Source: a virus
Lineage: Duplodnaviria; Caudoviricetes
Direction: 5' to 3' (one strand)
IMG/VR virus record: IMGVR_UViG_3300027965_000006
Span: 1-58,379 of that record
Length of the DNA: 58,379 nucleotides
Within the stretch, counting starts at the first letter, position 1. Each line of letters opens with the position of its first letter. The notes beneath the pieces are model-generated. The model ran no database searches. It saw only the letters and a program-made list of their open reading frames with translations, and was not told the origin of the DNA. Position numbers and translations under genes: made by a program. Shown here one piece after another: positions 34,978-44,092 of the stretch.

Positions 34978-35892
34978 ATGCCCGTCGCACTCAGTCAAAT
35001 CCGCGACCTCCTGCTCCCCGGCCTGTGGGGCATCGACGGCAAGTATCCGCAGATCGAGCGCCAGTGGCCGCAGATCTTCAAGCGCGTCCAGTCGAACATG
35101 GCTTTGGAGCGCCGCGCCGCGATGCGCTACCTCGGCTACGCCCAGCTCAAGAACGAGGGCCAGCCCACCGCCGCCGACAACAACATGGGGCAGCGCTACA
35201 TCTACAACGCCGAGCACTTCGAGATCGGCCTGATGTACGCGATCACCCGCAAGGCGATCGACGACAATCTCTACAAGAACGAGTTCGGGCCGAACAACGA
35301 CGGCCTGATGGAGGCGTTCAAGGAGACCGAGGAGGTCTACGCCGCGAACGTGCTCAACAACGGCAACGTGTTCAACGTCGTGACCCAGGGCGACGGCGTT
35401 TCGCTGATCAACACGGCGCACCCGATCGACGGCGCGACCATCGCCAACCAGCCCTCGCCGGACGTTTCGCTCAACGAGACCTCGCTGCTCAACGCCGCGA
35501 TCACCGTGCGCTCGACCTGGAAGAGCAATGCCGGTCTCAAGATTCACGCGCGCGGCCAGAAGCTGATCGTCCCGGCGAATCTGGAGCCGATCGCGGCGCG
35601 CCTGTTCCGCTCCGAGTTGCGCGTCGGCACCGGCAACAACGACATCAACGCGGTCAAGGAAATGGAGCAGTCCTTCAAGGAGGGCTACTTCGTCTACGAC
35701 TACCTGACCTCGTCGTTCGCCTGGTTCGTCAAGACCAACATCGATGGCCTCGTGTTCTTCGAGCGCAAGCCGTTCGAGTCGGACATGAGCGTCGAGTTCA
35801 CGACCGACAACCTGCTGGTCAAGGGTTATCAGCGCTACATCCCGGCCTACTACGAGTGGCGCTCCCTCTACGGCACCTATCCCACCTCGTAA
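34978..35892 (+). CDS. Major capsid protein
   Basis: 304 aa; LLLPGL, KNEGQ, AITRKAIDDNLY, ANVLNNG, GDGVSL..TAHP, KLIVPANL, YLTSSFAWF; strongly biased codon use. Confidence 0.88.
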   Translation: MPVALSQIRDLLLPGLWGIDGKYPQIERQWPQIFKRVQSNMALERRAAMRYLGYAQLKNEGQPTAADNNMGQRYIYNAEHFEIGLMYAITRKAIDDNLYKNEFGPNNDGLMEAFKETEEVYAANVLNNGNVFNVVTQGDGVSLINTAHPIDGATIANQPSPDVSLNETSLLNAAITVRSTWKSNAGLKIHARGQKLIVPANLEPIAARLFRSELRVGTGNNDINAVKEMEQSFKEGYFVYDYLTSSFAWFVKTNIDGLVFFERKPFESDMSVEFTTDNLLVKGYQRYIPAYYEWRSLYGTYPTS

Positions 35893-35904
35893 GGGGCTGC
35901 GCGC

Positions 35905-36882
35905 ATGAGCGTCACTGCAAACAGCGGCCCGCAGGTCAATTTCGGCGTCACGCTGACCTCGTCGGGCGCGGACCTGGAGCACAACCCGGATCGCGGGCCT
36001 TCGGTCGTCGACCTCGGCGAGATGATGGTCGACCCGCGGCCGCCGTTCTGCTTCCAGCCGGGGCAGGCTTCGTCGAAGGCATTCTACGGGTGGGCGGGCG
36101 CCTTCGGCGGCCCGGTGGTGGATCAGGCGCCGTCGGCCACTTCGACCAACAACGTCTCGTCGGCGCAGGTGCCGACCGGCGGCACCGCGCTCACGCTCGC
36201 GACCAACACGTCGCTCGGCTTCGGCGCGGCGGTGACGATCAACGCCTACGAGGGCGGCACGGTGTCGATCCGACCGATCGACGGCGCCATGGGCGGTCAG
36301 GCGTTCGGCGTCTCCGGTGGCATCAACATCTGGGACCCGACCAAGGCGGTCACCCGCACGCTCAACATCAACGGCTCCTCGAACGGGTCGAGTGCGGAGG
36401 CGTGGTCGATCTATGGCCGCGATCTCTATGGCCAGAAGGTCACCGAGACCGTGGTCGGCGCCTCGATCTCGGTCAACTCGAAGAAGGCCTACAAGTACAT
36501 CTCCTCGATCGTGCCCTCGACGGTGAACGGCGCGATCGGCTCGACCGTGGTCACGGTCGGGCTGAACGACGTGTTCGGCTTCCCGCTGCGGGTCGATCAT
36601 CCGGCCTATGTCACGGTGTGGGCCGGCCCGGCGTCGAGCGCGACCTTGGTCAACATCTCGACTGGCGCGCACACGTTCGCGGTTACCTCGGCGGCGTCGA
36701 ACACCACGGGCGACGTGCGCGGCACGATCGCGACGTCTGGCGTCGTCGGCTCGGTGTCGAATGCGTCGAACTGGAAGATCGTGATGTTCATCTCGCCGAG
36801 CGTGCAGAACCTGCAGGGTGTCTCGCAGGGATCGAGCTACCCGTCCGGCCTCGTCGGCCTGACGCAGTTCTCGTCGAACTAA
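35905..36882 (+). CDS. Virion structural protein, Ser/Thr/Gly-rich
   Basis: Follows the capsid gene; DVFGFPLR...TTGDVRGT. Confidence 0.8.
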   Translation: MSVTANSGPQVNFGVTLTSSGADLEHNPDRGPSVVDLGEMMVDPRPPFCFQPGQASSKAFYGWAGAFGGPVVDQAPSATSTNNVSSAQVPTGGTALTLATNTSLGFGAAVTINAYEGGTVSIRPIDGAMGGQAFGVSGGINIWDPTKAVTRTLNINGSSNGSSAEAWSIYGRDLYGQKVTETVVGASISVNSKKAYKYISSIVPSTVNGAIGSTVVTVGLNDVFGFPLRVDHPAYVTVWAGPASSATLVNISTGAHTFAVTSAASNTTGDVRGTIATSGVVGSVSNASNWKIVMFISPSVQNLQGVSQGSSYPSGLVGLTQFSSN

Positions 36883-36897
36883 CGGAAGGAGCGAACC

Positions 36898-37125
36898 ATG
36901 GCGCATCGCCACAAGGTCCATCACCGCGCCAAGGGCGGCCGCGTGGTCTACGAGGGCAAGGGCAGCCACGTCGAGCACGAGGCCGAGGAGAGGAAGCACG
37001 GCGGCCGCGTGAAGCATCACGACGGCCACAAGATGCACGGTCACAAGGGCAAGCACCGCTTCGCGCGCGGCGGCCGCGCCGGCAGCGACAAGCACCCTTT
37101 CAGCTCGGCGCACCGGGGAGCGTAG
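36898..37125 (+). CDS. Small His/Lys/Arg-rich basic protein
   Basis: AAGGAG SD; RAKGGRV, RKHGGRV, FARGGRA. Confidence 0.8.
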   Translation: MAHRHKVHHRAKGGRVVYEGKGSHVEHEAEERKHGGRVKHHDGHKMHGHKGKHRFARGGRAGSDKHPFSSAHRGA

Positions 37126-37322
37126 GCGGCTACGCCTCGGGTGGTAAGGCCCACTGGATCCAGGCAGCGATCAAGCATCCGGGCGGCCTGCATCGCGCCC
37201 TGCATGTGCCGCAGGGCGAGAAGATCCCGGCCGCGAAGCTCGCCAAGGCCCGCCATTCGGAGAACCCGCGGGTGCGCCGGATGGCGGGCCTCGCCAAGAC
37301 GCTGAAGGGCATGCACCACTGA
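37095..37322 (+). CDS. Basic protein domain without its own start codon; probable -1 frameshift extension of 36898-37125
   Basis: YASGGKAHWIQAAIKHPGGLHRALHVPQGEKIPAAKLAKA...LAKTLKGMHH; heptamer CCCTTTC at 37095-37101. Confidence 0.65.
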   Translation, partial: PFQLGAPGSVGGYASGGKAHWIQAAIKHPGGLHRALHVPQGEKIPAAKLAKARHSENPRVRRMAGLAKTLKGMHH

Positions 37323-37323
37323 C

Positions 37324-38004
37324 ATGCAGCCGATCTACGTCACCAAGAAGATCACGACCCTGGCGTCGTCGAACCTCGTCGGCAGCGTGTCGACGGCGGC
37401 GACGTCGGTCGCGACGGTGAACTCGTCCAACATGCCGCTCGATACCCAGCGGCGCATCGTCTTCACCTCGACGGCGGCCGATACCTCCTCGCTCAAGCTC
37501 ACGTTCACGGGCACGCGGGAAGGCGGCGGGACGGTGGTTGAATCGGTCACTGGGTCGACCGCGGGCGCGGGCACCAACGCCACCACGCTGTCGGACTTCC
37601 TGACCGTGACGGCGATAGGATTCTCCTCCAATGCCAACGTGCCGGTCCTCATCGGTGTCTCCTCGGCGGCCGGCACGCCATGGAAGCCGGCCAACTGGCA
37701 GACCACGCCGATCAACCTGTCGGCCGCGGTCGTTCTCAACTCGTCGCAAGCCTCGGCGACATGGGAATTCACCCTCGACGACGTTACCGGGACGTATCCC
37801 AACCCGAACGTCACAGTGCCGTCGGTGTTTGCCTCGACCGGCATTTCCGGCGCGGTCGGCTCGAGCGGGGCGAATTTCGGCTCGTCCGGGACCATGACGA
37901 CGGCATCGATCTCCTTCCCGGTCGCCTACTGGCGGATGACGCTGACCTCGTCGTCCTCGACCTATCTGCTCGACGCCACCGTCTTGCAGGCGGGCATCGG
38001 ATAG
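37324..38004 (+). CDS. Virion structural protein, extremely Ser/Thr-rich
   Basis: Hand count about 71 Ser+Thr in 226 aa; ends TVLQAG. Confidence 0.8.
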   Translation: MQPIYVTKKITTLASSNLVGSVSTAATSVATVNSSNMPLDTQRRIVFTSTAADTSSLKLTFTGTREGGGTVVESVTGSTAGAGTNATTLSDFLTVTAIGFSSNANVPVLIGVSSAAGTPWKPANWQTTPINLSAAVVLNSSQASATWEFTLDDVTGTYPNPNVTVPSVFASTGISGAVGSSGANFGSSGTMTTASISFPVAYWRMTLTSSSSTYLLDATVLQAGIG

Positions 38005-38046
38005 GGCATAGATTAGAGCGGTCGTTCACTCTTTTGAGGCCGCTTG

Positions 38047-38976
38047 ATGGGGATCCTGACGCCGACCTTCGCCGACAAGCAACGCGCCAATGGCGGCGCC
38101 CCGCACGTGGTCGCGGCGCATGAGCCGTTGGCGACCGGGGAGATGATGCCCTACGCCTTCTCGTCCCCCGCCCTGCCGGCCGAGCCGAAGCCTGCCCCCG
38201 TCGCCGAGTCGAAGCCGCTCAAGGTCGCGCTGATCGGCACCGCACCGTCCTCGCGCATGCTGGCCCCCTATGGCGACCCGTCGTGGACGATCTGGGCCTG
38301 CTCGCCCGGCAACATGAAGCAGATTCCGCGTTTCGACGCCTGGTTCGAGATCCACGCCAACCTGCTGTGGCCCGAGCACGCCGCCTACGGTCCGCCCTAC
38401 CTCGAATGGCTCAAGACGCTGACCTGCCCGGTCTACATGCAGGACCAGGTGCAGGTGCCGAACGCGACCACCTTCCCGATGGAGGAGCTGGTCGCCGAGT
38501 TCGGAAACGACTTCTTCACGTCGTCCTTCGCCTGGATGATGGCGTTCGCGATGAAGCAGGGCGCCAAGGAGATCGCGCTCTACGGCATCGACATGGCGAG
38601 CCGCGACGAATACATCCTGCAGCGGCCCGGCTTCTTCTTCTTCCGCCACATCGCCCGCACGCGCGGCATCACGGTCTCGGCCCCGCACGAATCCGACATC
38701 ATGCAGTCGCCGCCGCTCTACGGCTACAGCGACTCGCATCCGTTCGGCCGCAAACTGGCGGCGCGGCGCCAGGAGATCAAGGGCCGCATCAACGACATGT
38801 CGAACCAGCACGCGCAGCTCGCCAACAACCTGACCTACCTGCGCGGCGCCGACGAGGACATGGACTACGTGCAGAACATCTGGGCCGGCGTCGCCGACCA
38901 GATCAGGCTGCTGCAGCACGAGAACGACCGGCTCAAGCAAGAGAACCAGCAGCTTCGTCTCGCGCCGCCGGGGTGA
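38047..38976 (+). CDS. Putative sialyltransferase-fold (GT42 CstII / Maf-like) nonulosonate transferase
   Basis: KVALIGTAPS..., WTIWACS, FTSSFAWMMAFAMKQGAKEIALYGIDM parallel the CstII motifs as recalled (KVIIAGNGPS, TSGVYM..VAIALGYKEIYLSGIDF); C-terminal coiled coil. Confidence 0.65.
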   Translation: MGILTPTFADKQRANGGAPHVVAAHEPLATGEMMPYAFSSPALPAEPKPAPVAESKPLKVALIGTAPSSRMLAPYGDPSWTIWACSPGNMKQIPRFDAWFEIHANLLWPEHAAYGPPYLEWLKTLTCPVYMQDQVQVPNATTFPMEELVAEFGNDFFTSSFAWMMAFAMKQGAKEIALYGIDMASRDEYILQRPGFFFFRHIARTRGITVSAPHESDIMQSPPLYGYSDSHPFGRKLAARRQEIKGRINDMSNQHAQLANNLTYLRGADEDMDYVQNIWAGVADQIRLLQHENDRLKQENQQLRLAPPG

Positions 38977-38979
38977 GCG

Positions 38980-41607
38980 GTGACGCTCTCGCTCACCCAC
39001 GCCAAGGTCTCCAGCGTCACGGCCATCGCGCCGCCGACCGCCCTGGTCACCCCGACCGACTGGAACGCGCAGCACACGATTTCGGCCGCTGGCCTCTCAG
39101 TACTTGGCGTCACCGGATCGGCCGCCACCAGCGTCGCCGACATCACCGGCACCGCGAACCAGGTCCTGCGGGTCGATTCGGCCGGATCGACGCTCGCCTT
39201 CGGGGCGATCAATCTCGCCAGCACCAGCGCGGTCGCCGGCATCCTCGGCGGCGCCAACGGCGGGACCGGCGTCAACAACGGCACCTCGACCATCACGGTT
39301 GCCGGCAATTTCACGGTGGCGACCAACGGCGGCACGCTCGCGTTCGGCGCGGCGTCGAAGACCCTGACCGTCAACAACTCGCTCACGCTCGCCGGCGCCG
39401 ATGCGACGACGATGACGTTCCCGAGCGCGTCGGACACTGTGATGGGTCTCGGTGCGGCGCAGGCCGTTACGGGAAACAAGACTTTCAATTCCGGTACGCT
39501 GCTGCTCGCGGGCGCGACATCGGGCACAATCATACTCAAGGCCGCGGCGGTCGCCGGGGCGAATACGATCACACTCCCGGCCGGAACGACAGATTTCTCT
39601 GCAACCGGAGGCGCCGGCCAATACGTCAAGCAATCCGGCGCTGGCGCGGCCCTCACGGTCGGCACAATTACGGCGACTGATCTTCCGGGATCGTTCTCAG
39701 GCTTTGCCAATCCGACCGCATCGATCGGCCTGACGGCGGTCAATGGTGTTGCCACGACCGCGATGCGTTCCGATGGCGCGCCCGCGCTCTCGCAGGCCAT
39801 CGCGCCAACGTGGTCGGCAACACACATCTTCTCCGCAGCGACGATGTTGCAGTTACAGAGCCCGTCCGTTCGCACATGGAGCCTCTCCTACGACGGCACG
39901 CAGAATTTCGGCTCTGGCAGCGCCGTTAAGGCACTGAAACTCTCGTCCGACCTTCCCTCGCCGGTGCCGATCTGGGTGACCGAATACGGGATTCTCCACG
40001 TCGGGAACGTCTTCGCTCAGCAGCCCAACCTTTCGCCCATGAGCGACTCGACCGGGCCGGGCATCCGCCTTTTCGGCGACATCCTGGTCGGCGACGTGCG
40101 ATCGTTCGGTGATCTCGTCACCACCGTCACCGGAGCCGTCAACAACGGCTCCGGTCTCATTCGCCTCACTGCAAGCACGACGGGGCTAGCGACCGGCAAC
40201 GTCATTCAGGTCGGCGGCGTCGGCGGCGTTCCCAATGCGACGGGCGTGTGGACCATCACGGTCATCGACGGTACCCACATGGACCTGCAAGGTTCGACGT
40301 TCGCGGGATCATTCACGACAAACGGCTGGTTTGGCACCGGCGCGAACTCGATGGGGCTCGGCTGGAAAGAGCCGGGCGCGGTACCGACCTCGACGCGGCT
40401 CTACAGCGGCTCCGACCTCAATGTGGACGGCACCGGAGGCGGCTACATCATTGCGCATCCCGACAGCACTCTTACGCAATGCGCGGACCCCGGCGCGCTC
40501 GAGCTTGTCGCCTACGGCTCCTCCGGGTCAGGGACCTACTTCAACAAGGTTCGCATCGCCGCGCGCAACGGGGTCGGCACCATCACCGATCTTGCGGTTT
40601 TGGGGACATCCGGCATCACCTGCTCGGTAAACCTCACGGTCGCAACCGTCTTCGGAGGATCAGCCGCAGGTTCGACGCTCAACCTGCAGAGCACGTCTAA
40701 CGGCGCGCCGTCAGGCGACAAGATCACGATGACGACCGGCGGCAGCGTGCGCTGGACGATGCTCTCCAGCGGCAACATCGGCTTCGGCACCGAGACCAAT
40801 CCGACGCAAGGTTTCTGGACCTATTCGAAGAACGTCTCGACCGGGTTCTCCGCCAGCGGCGTCACGACAAATGGACTGGTCTTCGTAGGGGCAGATTCTG
40901 CCAGTGGCGGCTACGCGACGTTTACGTTTGCCCAGGCCGGCATCAACCAGTTCATGCGCGCGGAGGGCACCGGCGCGAGCCCAACGGCCCTCGGTGCGGG
41001 GTCTCTCATCGGTGGAATAGTTGCGGGCGGAGCAACCGGCGCGGCGACTTGGACCTCTGCGACCAAGGGGCGGATACTCTTTGTCTCGACCGAGTCCGGC
41101 GTCTGGTCGAGCACCAATCAGGGCTGCGGTATCGAATTTGATACGACGGCGGCCGGCGGCACGACACGCGCGCAGGCGATGCTGCTCAAGGCCGGGCTCA
41201 TCATCGGCGCCGGCACGACCGATCCGGGCGCTGGCGCGCTGCAGGCGAGCGCCGGCATCACGTCCACCGGCGCCACCTCCGGCATCGGTTACGCCACGGG
41301 AGCAGGCGGCACCGTCACCCAGGCAACCAGCCGAACCACGGGCGTCACCCTCAACAACGTGACTGGCGCCATTACGCTCGTGAGTGCGGCCGGCTCAGCC
41401 TCGTTTCAGTCCTTCACGGTGAGCAATACCGCCGTTGCGGCAACTGATGTCATAAAAGTCAACCAGAAATCAGGCACCGACAAATACGAGATATTCGTCA
41501 CCAACATCGCCGCCGGCAGCTTCCAGATCACGTTCGCCACCACGGGCGGGACGACCACTGAGCAGCCGGTTTTCCAGTTTGTCGTCATCAAGGGAGCGAA
41601 CGCTTGA
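38980..41607 (+). CDS. Tail fibre / receptor-binding-like protein
   Basis: 875 aa Gly/Ser/Thr/Ala-rich; ANGGTG motif; C-terminal GIGYATGAGGTVTQATSRTTGVTLN domain. Confidence 0.75.
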   Translation: MTLSLTHAKVSSVTAIAPPTALVTPTDWNAQHTISAAGLSVLGVTGSAATSVADITGTANQVLRVDSAGSTLAFGAINLASTSAVAGILGGANGGTGVNNGTSTITVAGNFTVATNGGTLAFGAASKTLTVNNSLTLAGADATTMTFPSASDTVMGLGAAQAVTGNKTFNSGTLLLAGATSGTIILKAAAVAGANTITLPAGTTDFSATGGAGQYVKQSGAGAALTVGTITATDLPGSFSGFANPTASIGLTAVNGVATTAMRSDGAPALSQAIAPTWSATHIFSAATMLQLQSPSVRTWSLSYDGTQNFGSGSAVKALKLSSDLPSPVPIWVTEYGILHVGNVFAQQPNLSPMSDSTGPGIRLFGDILVGDVRSFGDLVTTVTGAVNNGSGLIRLTASTTGLATGNVIQVGGVGGVPNATGVWTITVIDGTHMDLQGSTFAGSFTTNGWFGTGANSMGLGWKEPGAVPTSTRLYSGSDLNVDGTGGGYIIAHPDSTLTQCADPGALELVAYGSSGSGTYFNKVRIAARNGVGTITDLAVLGTSGITCSVNLTVATVFGGSAAGSTLNLQSTSNGAPSGDKITMTTGGSVRWTMLSSGNIGFGTETNPTQGFWTYSKNVSTGFSASGVTTNGLVFVGADSASGGYATFTFAQAGINQFMRAEGTGASPTALGAGSLIGGIVAGGATGAATWTSATKGRILFVSTESGVWSSTNQGCGIEFDTTAAGGTTRAQAMLLKAGLIIGAGTTDPGAGALQASAGITSTGATSGIGYATGAGGTVTQATSRTTGVTLNNVTGAITLVSAAGSASFQSFTVSNTAVAATDVIKVNQKSGTDKYEIFVTNIAAGSFQITFATTGGTTTEQPVFQFVVIKGANA

Positions 41608-41631
41608 TGAATCAAGAGATGGAGAAATAAA

Positions 41632-41970
41632 TTGTCGATCGACTTTACGGCCGTGCTGCGCGACTTCGACGACCGTCCCATCCGCGACGAGATCGCCATG
41701 GCATCGGCCGGCACTGGGGCGGCGCCGATCGATCTCACCCTCGGCCGCGCGGCGGCGCATGCGCTGTGCGCGAGCTTCGAGGACGAGCGCAACATTTCGG
41801 GAGAGAAGAAGTTCGAGCGAGGGATGCTTGCCGTCAAGGTGCGTGACGCGACTGATGTCGAGTTGAAAAGCGAGCAGGTCACCATCATCAAGCAAGCGCT
41901 AGCCAAGCTGTACGGCCCCGTGGTGATCTATCGCGCCTATCCGCTGCTCGACCCGAGCGAGAAGGCGTGA
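41632..41970 (+). CDS. Hypothetical protein (fibre chaperone position)
   Basis: TTG start with GGAG SD directly after the fibre gene. Confidence 0.7.
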   Translation: MSIDFTAVLRDFDDRPIRDEIAMASAGTGAAPIDLTLGRAAAHALCASFEDERNISGEKKFERGMLAVKVRDATDVELKSEQVTIIKQALAKLYGPVVIYRAYPLLDPSEKA

Positions 41971-42185
41971 GCGCCAAGGTCACCATCATCGAGAAGATCG
42001 TCCCGCCGCAGGCCGCGGTCGGCAACATCGAGACGCCGATCGCGATCCTCAGCCCCGTCGCCGCCGCCTTCCAGCAGGACGCCTTCCAGAGCAACGCCTT
42101 CCAGATGAGCCCGGTGACCCCGACCAGCCTGACGGCGCAGGCCTACCCGGCCGCCGTGACGGTCATCGAGACCGTACCCGGCTGA
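41967..42185 (+). CDS. Small virion-module protein
   Basis: GTGA-coupled; AFQQDAFQSNAFQ repeat. Confidence 0.65.
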   Translation: MSAKVTIIEKIVPPQAAVGNIETPIAILSPVAAAFQQDAFQSNAFQMSPVTPTSLTAQAYPAAVTVIETVPG

Positions 42186-42248
42186 TAGACCGGCCCTCCA
42201 AGCCGTGGTAAAACTGAGCCAACATTCATCGGTTGGTGCCACTGGACC

Positions 42249-42533
42249 ATGCCAGTCAACGTCACGTCCGGCAATTCGGCCGAGTTCGTCGCCCAGTTCT
42301 TCGACTCGACCGGGGCGGCGACCACGCCGTCGTCGGCGACGCTGACCATCACCTACACGGCCGCCGCCGGCTCGACCGCGAGCACGTCGCTCGGAATGAC
42401 GCTCTCCGGCACCACCTTCACGGCGACCTGGGCGACCTCGGTCGCGGCCATCGGTGCCGTCAACTGGTCGGTCAACGCGCCGGGCCAGACCGCCGCCACC
42501 ACCGGCTCGCTCCGGCTGATCTCGGGGAACTGA
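42249..42533 (+). CDS. Small Ser/Thr-rich beta (Ig-like) structural protein
   Basis: Hand count about 32 Ser+Thr in 94 aa. Confidence 0.7.
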   Translation: MPVNVTSGNSAEFVAQFFDSTGAATTPSSATLTITYTAAAGSTASTSLGMTLSGTTFTATWATSVAAIGAVNWSVNAPGQTAATTGSLRLISGN

Positions 42534-42537
42534 CGCC

Positions 42538-43236
42538 ATGTTCTCGCCAAGCGTGCAACTGTCAGGTTCGTACAACTTTAATCCGTCGGGCGGAGAAATC
42601 ATCCTCACTGCGTTCGACCGCATCCAAATCCGGCCGACCGAGATCACCGCCGCGCACATGCAGCGCGCCGTGATGGAAATGAACCTCGCGCTGGTGAAGT
42701 TCAACAACCTGCAGCCGAACCTGTGGACCGTCGACCTGCAGTCGTTCCCGCTGCTCGCCGGCTCGGCGACCTATTCGATCCCGGCCGAGACGACCATGAT
42801 CCTCGACGGCTTCCTGCGCTACGGCAGCCCGGCCACCGATCGCTATCTCTACCAGATCAGCCGCAGCGAATACGCGGCGATCTCGGTCAAGACGACGCAG
42901 GGCTTCCCGTCGCAGTTCTGGTTCGACCGGCTGATCTCGCCGACCGTGACGTTCTACCTCACACCCGACGCCGCCTATTCCTACGAGTTCTTCTATTACC
43001 GGGTTCGGCAAATTCAGGACGCGACCATCACCAACGGCGCCAACATCGAGGTGATCTACCGCTTCCTCGACGCGCTCACGGCCGCGGTGGCGCATCGGCT
43101 CGCCCGCATCTACCGGCCGGAGCTGGAGCAGCTGCGCAAGAGCGACGCCGACGAGGCGTGGCTGATCGCGGCGGCGCAGGACACCGAGGCGGTGCCGCTC
43201 TACATCACGCCGGCCGTCGGCGGCTACTGGCGCTAG
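42538..43236 (+). CDS. Head-tail adaptor-like protein
   Basis: NLWTVD, ISRSEYAAISVKTTQGFPSQFWFDR, YYRVRQIQDA; position before the nozzle gene. Confidence 0.7.
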   Translation: MFSPSVQLSGSYNFNPSGGEIILTAFDRIQIRPTEITAAHMQRAVMEMNLALVKFNNLQPNLWTVDLQSFPLLAGSATYSIPAETTMILDGFLRYGSPATDRYLYQISRSEYAAISVKTTQGFPSQFWFDRLISPTVTFYLTPDAAYSYEFFYYRVRQIQDATITNGANIEVIYRFLDALTAAVAHRLARIYRPELEQLRKSDADEAWLIAAAQDTEAVPLYITPAVGGYWR

Positions 43237-43239
43237 CCG

Positions 43240-44091
43240 ATGCGCCAGCACGGACATGCCCGCATCGACCCGCGCCATCCGCAGGCGCTCGGTATTTGCG
43301 ACCGCTGCGGCCGCATGGACAATCTGCGCAATCTCAGTTGGCAGTACGACTGGCAGTTCGGGCCTCGACTAAAAAACTTGCGCATACTTTGTTGTGCCTC
43401 ATGTCTCGACCGCCCGCAGGAATCCGGCCGCACCATCGTGCTGCCGCCCGATCCGGTGCCGGTGATGAACGCGCGGCCGGAGAACTACGCCAACGCCGAC
43501 AATCCGCTCTCCCCGCTCGGCTACAACGTCATCGACATGTTCGTGCCGGGATCGAGCCTCGGGGCGAACATCGGCACGATGACGCAGAACGCCGGGCTCG
43601 ACGCGGCGTTCGCGCAAGCGCCGCTCACGCTGCAGTCGACCGGGACGTCGGCCTTCACCACGGTCACGACCGCGCTGGTCAACAAGCCGTTCGGCCAGTC
43701 GGCGGCGAAGCTGATCTCCGATTCGAGCTTCGGCAACACGGTCGGCAAGAACTGGAACGGCAACGCCGACGGCACCACGATCTCGCTGCCGTCGACGGTC
43801 GCGGCGATCACCCACACGGTGTCGTCGGCGACCGCCTACGCGCCGAACGACATGGCGTTTTTGCGCTCTGGCGCGACCGGCTGGCTGTTCCAGGGATCGA
43901 ACGACGGCGCGACGTGGACGACGCTGTCGAGCGGCACCACGGCCGGGACGGTCGCGGAGACGCTCGGCTTCACGCCGTCCGGGGGCGCCTACGGCTATCA
44001 CCGCTTCGCGCTGCAGGGCGACGGCATTTCCAACGTCGCCGTGGCGGGGCTGGTGATCAGCGTGTCGGACGCGGCGGCGAACGAGATTTGA
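43240..44091 (+). CDS. Zn-ribbon protein with C-terminal discoidin/F5-8-like domain
   Basis: ICDRCG...CCASCLD; WLFQGSNDGATWTTL...YGYHRF. Confidence 0.65.
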   Translation: MRQHGHARIDPRHPQALGICDRCGRMDNLRNLSWQYDWQFGPRLKNLRILCCASCLDRPQESGRTIVLPPDPVPVMNARPENYANADNPLSPLGYNVIDMFVPGSSLGANIGTMTQNAGLDAAFAQAPLTLQSTGTSAFTTVTTALVNKPFGQSAAKLISDSSFGNTVGKNWNGNADGTTISLPSTVAAITHTVSSATAYAPNDMAFLRSGATGWLFQGSNDGATWTTLSSGTTAGTVAETLGFTPSGGAYGYHRFALQGDGISNVAVAGLVISVSDAAANEI

Positions 44092-44092
44092 C

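Noticed and set aside
35025-37094. 765-aa ORF 35025-37322 as a real overlapping gene
   Set aside because: Arg/Pro-rich off-frame translation of the capsid genes; only the last roughly 75 codons look protein-like (treated as a frameshift extension).
28889-37113. Long minus-strand ORFs 28889-29740, 29825-30904, 32313-34037 and 34681-37113
   Set aside because: Antisense shadows of portal, scaffold and capsid genes caused by strong codon bias.
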